Assembly (NCBI GenBank): GCA_965223345.1
Contig: CBDCWG010000012.1
Location: 1,024,001 to 1,088,000, forward strand
Direction: 5' to 3'
Source of the DNA: Nitrospinales bacterium
Lineage (GTDB): Bacteria; Nitrospinota; Nitrospinia; Nitrospinales; VA-1
Length of the DNA: 64,000 nt
Positions 19,121 through 28,581 of the stretch are shown here, in pieces. The notes below the pieces were generated by a model that ran no database searches, was not told the origin of the DNA, and was given only the letters and a program-made list of their open reading frames with translations. Each line of letters starts with the position of its first letter. The first letter of the stretch is position 1. Both the position numbers and the translations under genes were made by a program.

Positions 19121-19384
19121 TGAAACTCTCCAATCTTTCTTCATCATTGCGAAGCGCAATAAATAAATTTTTACAGGAATGGCCTTTATGGCCTCATTCA
19201 AAATCAAGGCAATCGCGGCACATTGCAAAAATTTAAAGGTCTCTGTTGCCGCTGAAATTCGCCCAACCAAATGCAAACAGCGCGGTCTAATGCCACCACT
19301 GCATACACGGGAAAAGCGGACACGGCCTTTCAAGGGCGAATCAACGGTATGAATTATATTAGGAACAAAAACGAGACAGAAAAA

Positions 19385-19786
19385 TCAGAGAGACTTCGGA
19401 GGATGGTCCAATTGAAATGAAAGGGAGAAGGTGTGGCGCGGGAATTTAAGGATAAAGCGTGCAGAATTTTTTTCAGCCCTTACAAGAGATGGAGCGGAAA
19501 TGGAGAAAAGATTCTTGGAAAAGTCGATCGATGCAGAATTGGAGGCTAAGGGTCCGGAACCGCAATCAGAAGCAATTTTGTATTCCTTGCTGTCTTTTTG
19601 ACTATGAGCGTGCGGACAGGGAAGTCCTTTCTGATGATGATTGAGCGGACAAACATGACCCCCCTTATGGCCTTCCAACGCAGGACCCTTCTTTTCATGG
19701 TGATGAAATGGAGATGCACCTGCCATCGAAGCCCAAAATACAAGCACCAGGAAAGCACCAAATACACTTGTCGTTTGTTTCCGCAT
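19385..19786 (-). CDS. His/Cys-rich exported protein upstream of the receptor (DUF2946-like architecture)
   Basis: Signal/TM segment; HHH, HVCPLNHH, PCPHAH; C-terminal LDHPP. Confidence 0.7.
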   Translation of the reverse strand: MRKQTTSVFGAFLVLVFWASMAGASPFHHHEKKGPALEGHKGGHVCPLNHHQKGLPCPHAHSQKDSKEYKIASDCGSGPLASNSASIDFSKNLFSISAPSLVRAEKNSARFILKFPRHTFSLSFQLDHPPKSL

Positions 19787-20220
19787 GAGGAGAGGCTATA
19801 ATACAAGGACACAAATAATCAAGGATTAATTTTAGCCCTCCCCCTGTGATTTTATAAGCAGGCCTTCCCCCCTTTGGCTCATGCCGCAAAACCCTCAATG
19901 CCTCCATACCAGCTCATGCGAAACCATGAAACACTAAACGCCAATTATTTCAAAATCTTACTCAACCCCTCAAAATATTTCGATCGATTGAAATTTCCTA
20001 AACCCGTACTTTCTCATTTATTCCTCAGCCGATAAATTGATATGAAATATCAGGCTTTCCCGAATGGCACGATCATCCCTCTTCCGCTGCCATTAGGGAC
20101 CCATCTCTTTTATCGTTTGTTTGAAATCCCTAGAAAAATAGTTTTTAAAGTTTCAACGATTGAGATGAAGCTGAGATATGGAGGAAACAACAATTACAGA
20201 GAATTTGAAATCAAGGTGAA

Positions 20221-20336
20221 TGACCTGCCCCTGTTATTAGTACCAGTTTCTAAGTTAGAGTTTCGACTTTTTGGGGTTGAACGACATATTCCCTTCTCCA
20301 GCTTCCGGAGCCGGAGGCCGATACCCCAAGGCACTA
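20221..20336 (-). mobile_element. Remnant right end of a second IS3-family element
   Basis: tgacctgcccctgt...gtaccagtttctaagttagag; diverged inverted copy of 39470-39568. Confidence 0.7.
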
Positions 20337-20803
20337 TGTTCCCCGTCAAAGCCTAATGGACCAAATGAGTTAAAAAGTTAAGGGACACTTTCTGTTAAAC
20401 TTTCCATTAAATGGAGGGGTTTATGAGCAAGAAAGTGTCGAGTGAGAAGGTCGTTCAGGATATTCGCAGGAAGACGCGAAGGAAGTTCTCATCGGAGGAG
20501 AAGATCCGGATCGTTCTTGAAGGATTGCGGGGCGAGGACAGCATATCGAACCTGTGCAGACGTGAAGGGATCGCCAGCAATCTGTATTACCGTTGGAGCA
20601 AGGACTTTTTGGAGGCAGGCAAGAAACGCCTGATGGGCGATACGGTCCGGGAAGCCAACTCTGGTGAGGTTTCGGATCTAAGGAAGGAGAACGAACACTT
20701 AAAGCAGCTGGTAGCAGAGATCGTTCTGAAGAACCGGGTTCTTAAAAAAAGTCTGAATGGCTTGGACTCGGAGGACATCGAACCATGAGGTACGGTCCCT
20801 CAG
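20337..20803 (+). mobile_element. IS3-family element, truncated copy 2 (IRL + orfA + first codons of orfB)
   Basis: Matches copy 1 up to ...ggtccctcag, then stops. Confidence 0.93.
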
Positions 20804-20879
20804 TTTCATGATTCTTTCATAATAATCGCTACCGGTGGAAGGTATTTCAGCATCAACCACAAGGTCGAATGATTTATTT
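20804..20879 (-). repeat. 76-bp inverted copy of an internal fragment of the GT4 gene (36820-36895)
   Basis: The reverse complement matches 36820-36895 with one mismatch (ccaccgg vs ccgccgg). Confidence 0.92.
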
Positions 20880-22401
20880 TGTTCCCCGTCAAAGCCTAAT
20901 GGACCAAATGAGTTAAAAAGTTAAGGGACACTTTCTGTTAAACTTTCCATTAAATGGAGGGGTTTATGAGCAAGAAAGTGTCGAGTGAGAAGGTCGTTCA
21001 GGATATTCGCAGGAAGACGCGAAGGAAGTTCTCATCGGAGGAGAAGATCCGGATCGTTCTTGAAGGATTGCGGGGCGAGGACAGCATATCGAACCTGTGC
21101 AGACGTGAAGGGATCGCCAGCAATCTGTATTACCGTTGGAGCAAGGACTTTTTGGAGGCAGGCAAGAAACGCCTGATGGGCGATACGGTCCGGGAAGCCA
21201 ACTCTGGTGAGGTTTCGGATCTAAGGAAGGAGAACGAACACTTAAAGCAGCTGGTAGCAGAGATCGTTCTGAAGAACCGGGTTCTTAAAAAAAGTCTGAA
21301 TGGCTTGGACTCGGAGGACATCGAACCATGAGGTACGGTCCCTCAGAGAAGCTGGAGATCATCCGTACTGTAGAAGAATCCGAGCTTTCCGTCCGTCAGA
21401 CATTGAAAGAGCTTGGAATCCACCGGAGCACCTTCTACAACTGGTATCGCAGGTTTCTGGAAGATGGCATTGAGGGCCTGGACCTGAAACAGCCCAGGGC
21501 CCGATCCTTCTGGAACAAGATTCCGGATGAGGTGAAAAAACAGGTGGTCGAGATCGCTCTGGAGCAAACCGAACTCTCGCCCCGTGAGCTGGCCTGCAGA
21601 ATCACCGATATCCAGGGCTACTTCATATCGGAATCCAGCGTTTACCGGATTCTAAAAGCCCACGATCTGGTCACAAGCCCCGCCTATATCCTGATGCAGG
21701 CGGGCGATTCCTTCAAAAACCCCACCCGGCAAATCCATGAGCTTTGGCAGACGGATTTCACCTATTTCAGGATCGTCGGCTGGGGCTGGTATTACCTGTC
21801 TACCGTTCTGGACGATTATTCCCGATACATTCTCGCCTGGAAACTGACGACCTCCATGACTGCCTCGGATGTGAAGGACACACTCGACGAAGCGATCTCA
21901 AACACCAGTGTGGATCGGGTCCAGGTCCGGCACAGACCCAGGCTGCTCAGCGACAACGGGCCCTGCTATCTTTCTGGTGAACTCAGGTCCTACCTGGAAA
22001 AACAGGGTATGACGCACACGCGCGGAGCCCCGTATCATCCCATGACCCAGGGCAAAATCGAACGCTATCACCGGTCCATGAAAAACGTGGTCAAACTTCA
22101 AAACTATTACTTTCCCTGGGAACTGGAGCGGGAAATCTCAAGCTTCGTGGAATACTACAACAACCACCGATATCACGAGGCACTCAACAACGTCACTCCC
22201 GCTGATGTTTACTTCGGCAGGCATCGTGAGATCCTGACAAAACGGGATCGAATCAAAAAGAAAACCCTGGAACTGAGGCGGAAACAAAACCTAAAAGCCA
22301 GGGTCGCTTAACTAAAACTTGAAAACTATATATTGAAGAACTATAAAAATGTGTCTCTAACTAAAACTCAACTTTGGTCCAGATTCGTTTGACGACCTAC
22401 A
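20880..22401 (+). mobile_element. IS3-family insertion sequence, copy 3 (orfA 20966-21331, orfB 21328-22311)
   Basis: Same ends and identical translated ORFs as copy 1. Confidence 0.95.
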
Positions 22402-23696
22402 GTGTTGGCATAATGCGCCGTGACTTTCCCAAATATTGCAGGCCAAGATAAAATTCCCTGTTCATCAAGCTTTTCCCTCGCACGCTCAAAAATAGGCCAA
22501 ATGAGTTCTCGTTTGCTAGCGCTCATGCGACTTTTGCGGCCCAGCCGTGGTACGTCGCGGTAAGCATCAAGAGTTTCTATTTGCCAAGCATCAACAACAT
22601 TTGACCATTCAGAGACAAGAAAACGTGAACTAAAATTGGTAATGTCCAGTTCCTGTGCAGACGCCTCGAGTGTGCCTCTTATCTGTTCCTCAGAAGCCGA
22701 GCGAGGATGGTATCCGAAAGCCAGCGTAAACAGATCGGATGCCACGCCTTTAAACGGAAGCACCGTAACGCGGGGAACAATAGAATTTTCATCGCCAGTT
22801 AATATTTTGAGCTTAGCCTCAAGGGCATTGGCCAGTGGCAATGAAAAGGTAGTTAGCAACAGCCTTGCGTCTTCGTTCTTTTTCAGGATGTTGGCAGTGC
22901 GGTGTATAGCCACAACAGTTTTTCCCGTTCCTGCCGAACCAGATACCCGCGCTGGCCCCTTAAATGTCTGCTCCACCACGCGACGCTGAGAGGGGTGCAA
23001 AAATACAGTCCATTGATCCCATGGATAATCCAGTGCTCGCTTGAGTTCGTCCAGATCCTCCATAACCCGGAAACGGCGCTGAGCGTCTGGGTGTGTGAGT
23101 GGATCGGCAGTTTCAAGAACAGAAATAACCTCGACTTCCGGCTTTTTGCCGACGGCAAGGTCGAAAAGTGCTTCAGCGGCTTCCTGGGGCAAATGGTCCG
23201 TCAGGTCAAGGAGCGTGTCCTCTGTCACAGTCTTTACGTCTGCAAGCCAGTCCTCTGGAACGCCGTATTCCAGCAGTTCTTCATCATCATAATCTGCAAA
23301 AAGTGGATGCTGAACCGACTGCGGTTTTTCAATCTCCACGGGTTTGAAAATCGGTATTTCTTCAATTCGTTCCCGAACTTCAACAATCTGAGCCGCGCCG
23401 GTCTTCGGGTGGGTTTCGATTTTACGGCGCTCCGCCCATTTATAGGCATCGTCATGATGATCGACGTAACAGATCAGAAAGCTTGCCGCCGTTTTGTGTA
23501 CGACAAGACGAATATCGCGGCTCACGCGCACAGACCAAAAGTTCTGATCCTTTGATTTATCAATTCGGTGAAATTGAAGGCCGGGAGAGGATGGGTCTTC
23601 CTGCAAATCAAACACAGTGATTTTTACCGCCTTTTGTTCCTGAGCAGGAAGTTTACGAAGAGCGCTGGAAAAGCTATCGGCGATGCAGAATTTCAT
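22402..23696 (-). pseudogene. RelE-like domain fused to a UvrD/SF1 helicase, C-terminally truncated by IS copy 3
   Basis: N-terminus PGLQFHRI...FWSVRVSRDIRLVVH...YVDHHDDAY; FLHPSQ; Walker A GSAGTGKT. No Walker B before the IS junction; the last residues VGRQTNLDQS are IS-encoded. Confidence 0.85.
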
Positions 23697-24343
23697 TATG
23701 CAGCCTCATCATCTTTTGGCGATTTGCCATCAAATCTTCTGACACCAATAAGTTTTCCCTCAGCAATCCTCGGGATTAGTTTTTCCTGGTCGTTGGCGAG
23801 GAGAGCTAATAGAATCTCTTCGGGCATTTCCGGGAAATCTCGCATCAGCTCAAGTATACGTCGTGCATTTTCGACCTTTAAAGCACGGAGGGATTCTTGC
23901 TCTCTCTCATATTCTGTTTCTTTTATAGCTGTATCTATTTTAGCTTGATTGTTGGCTTCACGACGCAACTGCCTTTCCGTAAAAAACTTTATAATACGAT
24001 CAATAGTCCCCTCAAGTGCCTGACACGCTTTGCCCAACCCCACGAGGTCTATACCTCCTGGAGATGCGTATTCAATCCGAGAAACCATTAGTCGGGAAGG
24101 AGATTTTGCAATAGTACGCGCTCTTTCTAAGAGCCAATCGTTCGATAAATCGAGATTCTCTTGGAAAGATAGTGGGAAACGTGAGTGGTTAAACCAATGG
24201 AAAGGAGTTTCATAACGGACGTAGCGACTTAGGGCCACTTTATAATACAGTGACTCAACGCCCTTGAGGACTTCAATAAAATCTTCTGGCTCCCAGCGTC
24301 CATCAATTTCCAATCTTAGCATCATGCCTTCCTTACACCGCAA
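23696..24343 (-). CDS. Hypothetical protein in the RM locus
   Basis: 215-aa ORF overlapping both neighbours; contains a coiled-coil-like segment. Confidence 0.7.
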   Translation of the reverse strand: MRCKEGMMLRLEIDGRWEPEDFIEVLKGVESLYYKVALSRYVRYETPFHWFNHSRFPLSFQENLDLSNDWLLERARTIAKSPSRLMVSRIEYASPGGIDLVGLGKACQALEGTIDRIIKFFTERQLRREANNQAKIDTAIKETEYEREQESLRALKVENARRILELMRDFPEMPEEILLALLANDQEKLIPRIAEGKLIGVRRFDGKSPKDDEAA

Positions 24344-27059
24344 AGACTTTCATCACTTCATCTCCGAAGTGATTGATGACTTTCACCGCGAAACGTCCGC
24401 TGTCAGGTCGTTCAAAGGGCCTGGATTTGTCCCGGTAGAGGGTTTCCCATGCTTCTTTGTCGATTTCCGCTTTCAGGCTGGTCTTTAGAGATTTATAAGG
24501 ATCGCTCGCGCCGAGGAAATAGGCATGGCGGACAAAGAAGCTTTCCTCGTTATAATCCGTGTCGATAAACCATGCCGCAATATCATCTTTGCCGCTGGCG
24601 CGGACATCGCCGGTTTTGGGATCGAAGACATCCACACCTAGAACCTCAACCACGATTTCGCCGTCTTCATTGAAATCCCATTCCACATCTGGCTCGCCGA
24701 ACACGATGAACAGATTGCCCGCGCCGGTGTTTTTGAGTTCATCAGACATATGCAGGTCGGGATTCATCTTGGCTTTGAGGATAGGAAGAGGGCCGAGTTT
24801 ATTGAGTTCGGATGTATGCGGCTCAAAGTTAAAACCGCAGGATATTAACGCGTCAAAGCGAGCGTCCAGTGCTTCCCTAGCGGCGGCGGTCAGGTCGGCA
24901 CGTCTGACAGTTCCAAATTCCGGGCCGATGAAAATGGCGGCACGTTTGGTGATATTGCCTTCCATGAAATGCGCTTCGGCGGCGATATAATCGCCGGGCC
25001 AGCCCTCCATTGCTGTGAAAGTGATTTTATCTTCCTTCGCACCCTGCTGGACCCCGGCGCTTTTCAGGTTTTCAAGGATCATTTGCGTAAAGTCTGTCAG
25101 AGGCTCGCCAACTTTATTCTTGGATTTTCGTTTGCCCTGGGCGGCCTTGATGTCCTCTATTAGTTCGACATCATCCACAGGAAGAACGCGGTGCGGAGAT
25201 AGACTCTCGACCGTAAATGGCCCGGCCACACGGACGCGGCTTTTATCTTCATAGGGGCGGTCGTAAAGAAATTCCACATCGGCTTTTTGAGCAATGGATT
25301 TATCGATTTCCTTCTGGCGCTTGATCCGTAAACCCCACCAATCTTTATGTAGCTTTTTGGCTTCTTTAGACCAATTTTCATCGACTACGCGGGGAATTTT
25401 CCATTCCTCCCATTTTTTGCTTAGAGCCTTGTTCAGTTTTTCGCGCAAGGGCTCCAGCTTTTCTTGATACTTATCCCAGATCACATCAATTTCAGCATTA
25501 TTGGCAATATTTTTGAGCATAATATGCGGCGCTCGCTCATAAACAAAACCCTGCCGGATGTCACCATGCGTGGGCGTATCGGGGTGGATTTTACCGCTGA
25601 CTTCCTGCTCCTTGCTACGGCCTTGCGCGCTATCTGCAAGATAATAATAGGAATAGCGCGCGCCCATTAGCCGAGCCCGCGCCAGAGCAAGAGAAACACG
25701 CGAAGTATCAATCGTCATCCACCGTCGTCCCCATTGTTCCGCTACCGTTGCCGTTGTACCTGAACCGCAGGTGGGGTCAAGAACTAGATCGCCGGGATCG
25801 GTGGCCATAAGAATACAACGCTCAACTATTTTTGGAGTTGTCTGCACCACGTACACTTTTGCTTCAGTAAAGGAACCAGAGATAGTATCTGTCCAGATAT
25901 TGTGCCGAATTGAAATCGGAAAGTCAGACAGGCGGCTTTTAAAGCGGAAGGAATTTTTAGTTTGGAAAATCCGATTTGCCTTCTTAGCGCGCTCTAAGCC
26001 AGTCAACGTAGTTTTCCAATGGCTTCCTGATGGTGGGTTTCTTACTACGCCTCGGAAGGAAAACGGTTGTGGAGACGATGCATCTCCTGGAGATACTAAG
26101 GAGACTGATTGAAATCGCCGATCTACCTCTGGGAGGTCACCTTCCGCGAACTCCGTATCAAGGTATCTATATGCTGTTCCTCCATCAGCATCCTTAATAT
26201 TGTAGAGTTCTCGATATTTGACCTTTTGTGCATCACGTGCGTACCAAAGAATCGTATCGTACACTGGCGGTAAGAGCGTGCTTGTAACATATGGCGCTTT
26301 CTGTACAACAATCCCGCAACAAAAATTATCTTCACCAAACACTTCATCCATTAAAGCTCGAACACGATGGACATTTTCATCACCAATCTGCACAAAAATG
26401 GAACCGCTTTCGGTCAACAGGTCGCGCATAACGGTAAGACGGTCGCGCAGATAGGTCAAATAGGAATGAATACCGTCTTTCCATGTGTCACGGAAGGCTT
26501 TGACTTGTTCCGGCTCTCGAGTAATTTCTTCCAGCTTGCCATCTTTGACGTCGCGAGAGCGGGTGGAAACCTGCCAGTTGGAGTTGAACTTGATGCCGTA
26601 GGGAGGATCGAAGTAGATGCACTGGACCTGGGCCCGTAGTCCCTCCCGTTCCGCGAGGCTAGCCATCACTTGCAAGCTGTCCCCCAGAATCATGCGGTTT
26701 GACCAGTTCTGATCGTGTTCGTAAAACTCGGTTTTGGCCTCAGGGTCGATGCCATTGAAATCAGCGAACGTATCGAACATATCAGCCTGTTCCTGTTCTA
26801 CTTTTGCCCTTTTTTGTGACTGACGCATGAGGTCGTCGATAATGGCCTTGGGATGTATTTTTTCCTGAATATAAAGCGGAGGAGCCTGCACCACGAGGTC
26901 TGACCAATCCTGCTGATCCTTTCCGCGCCAGACAAGTTGTGCTTCGTCGAGATCGACATAGCCTTTTTCCGTGACTTCTTTAATCTGTTCTTTGGTCAGG
27001 CGAACGCGTGTGCCTTTCCACACCATCTGCGGGTCCAGGTCGCCATCCCGTGGTCGAGC
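24333..27059 (-). CDS. mod: Type III RM adenine methyltransferase (Mod); N-terminus clipped by IS copy 4
   Basis: YFDPPYGIKF and DPTCGSGTT motifs. The frame is open up to the IS end (ARPRDGDLDPQ-MVWKG). Confidence 0.88.
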   Translation of the reverse strand, partial: ARPRDGDLDPQMVWKGTRVRLTKEQIKEVTEKGYVDLDEAQLVWRGKDQQDWSDLVVQAPPLYIQEKIHPKAIIDDLMRQSQKRAKVEQEQADMFDTFADFNGIDPEAKTEFYEHDQNWSNRMILGDSLQVMASLAEREGLRAQVQCIYFDPPYGIKFNSNWQVSTRSRDVKDGKLEEITREPEQVKAFRDTWKDGIHSYLTYLRDRLTVMRDLLTESGSIFVQIGDENVHRVRALMDEVFGEDNFCCGIVVQKAPYVTSTLLPPVYDTILWYARDAQKVKYRELYNIKDADGGTAYRYLDTEFAEGDLPEVDRRFQSVSLVSPGDASSPQPFSFRGVVRNPPSGSHWKTTLTGLERAKKANRIFQTKNSFRFKSRLSDFPISIRHNIWTDTISGSFTEAKVYVVQTTPKIVERCILMATDPGDLVLDPTCGSGTTATVAEQWGRRWMTIDTSRVSLALARARLMGARYSYYYLADSAQGRSKEQEVSGKIHPDTPTHGDIRQGFVYERAPHIMLKNIANNAEIDVIWDKYQEKLEPLREKLNKALSKKWEEWKIPRVVDENWSKEAKKLHKDWWGLRIKRQKEIDKSIAQKADVEFLYDRPYEDKSRVRVAGPFTVESLSPHRVLPVDDVELIEDIKAAQGKRKSKNKVGEPLTDFTQMILENLKSAGVQQGAKEDKITFTAMEGWPGDYIAAEAHFMEGNITKRAAIFIGPEFGTVRRADLTAAAREALDARFDALISCGFNFEPHTSELNKLGPLPILKAKMNPDLHMSDELKNTGAGNLFIVFGEPDVEWDFNEDGEIVVEVLGVDVFDPKTGDVRASGKDDIAAWFIDTDYNEESFFVRHAYFLGASDPYKSLKTSLKAEIDKEAWETLYRDKSRPFERPDSGRFAVKVINHFGDEVMKVFAV

Positions 27060-28581
27060 TGTAGGTCGTCAAACGAATCTGGACCAAAGTTGAGTTTTAG
27101 TTAGAGACACATTTTTATAGTTCTTCAATATATAGTTTTCAAGTTTTAGTTAAGCGACCCTGGCTTTTAGGTTTTGTTTCCGCCTCAGTTCCAGGGTTTT
27201 CTTTTTGATTCGATCCCGTTTTGTCAGGATCTCACGATGCCTGCCGAAGTAAACATCAGCGGGAGTGACGTTGTTGAGTGCCTCGTGATATCGGTGGTTG
27301 TTGTAGTATTCCACGAAGCTTGAGATTTCCCGCTCCAGTTCCCAGGGAAAGTAATAGTTTTGAAGTTTGACCACGTTTTTCATGGACCGGTGATAGCGTT
27401 CGATTTTGCCCTGGGTCATGGGATGATACGGGGCTCCGCGCGTGTGCGTCATACCCTGTTTTTCCAGGTAGGACCTGAGTTCACCAGAAAGATAGCAGGG
27501 CCCGTTGTCGCTGAGCAGCCTGGGTCTGTGCCGGACCTGGACCCGATCCACACTGGTGTTTGAGATCGCTTCGTCGAGTGTGTCCTTCACATCCGAGGCA
27601 GTCATGGAGGTCGTCAGTTTCCAGGCGAGAATGTATCGGGAATAATCGTCCAGAACGGTAGACAGGTAATACCAGCCCCAGCCGACGATCCTGAAATAGG
27701 TGAAATCCGTCTGCCAAAGCTCATGGATTTGCCGGGTGGGGTTTTTGAAGGAATCGCCCGCCTGCATCAGGATATAGGCGGGGCTTGTGACCAGATCGTG
27801 GGCTTTTAGAATCCGGTAAACGCTGGATTCCGATATGAAGTAGCCCTGGATATCGGTGATTCTGCAGGCCAGCTCACGGGGCGAGAGTTCGGTTTGCTCC
27901 AGAGCGATCTCGACCACCTGTTTTTTCACCTCATCCGGAATCTTGTTCCAGAAGGATCGGGCCCTGGGCTGTTTCAGGTCCAGGCCCTCAATGCCATCTT
28001 CCAGAAACCTGCGATACCAGTTGTAGAAGGTGCTCCGGTGGATTCCAAGCTCTTTCAATGTCTGACGGACGGAAAGCTCGGATTCTTCTACAGTACGGAT
28101 GATCTCCAGCTTCTCTGAGGGACCGTACCTCATGGTTCGATGTCCTCCGAGTCCAAGCCATTCAGACTTTTTTTAAGAACCCGGTTCTTCAGAACGATCT
28201 CTGCTACCAGCTGCTTTAAGTGTTCGTTCTCCTTCCTTAGATCCGAAACCTCACCAGAGTTGGCTTCCCGGACCGTATCGCCCATCAGGCGTTTCTTGCC
28301 TGCCTCCAAAAAGTCCTTGCTCCAACGGTAATACAGATTGCTGGCGATCCCTTCACGTCTGCACAGGTTCGATATGCTGTCCTCGCCCCGCAATCCTTCA
28401 AGAACGATCCGGATCTTCTCCTCCGATGAGAACTTCCTTCGCGTCTTCCTGCGAATATCCTGAACGACCTTCTCACTCGACACTTTCTTGCTCATAAACC
28501 CCTCCATTTAATGGAAAGTTTAACAGAAAGTGTCCCTTAACTTTTTAACTCATTTGGTCCATTAGGCTTTGACGGGGAACA
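27060..28581 (-). mobile_element. IS3-family insertion sequence, copy 4 (orfA 28130-28495, orfB 27150-28133)
   Basis: Reverse complement of copy 1, with identical translated ORFs. Confidence 0.95.

Noticed and set aside
19800..20220. Possible decayed gene or transposase tail
   Set aside because: Multiple stops in all frames tried and no convincing motif.
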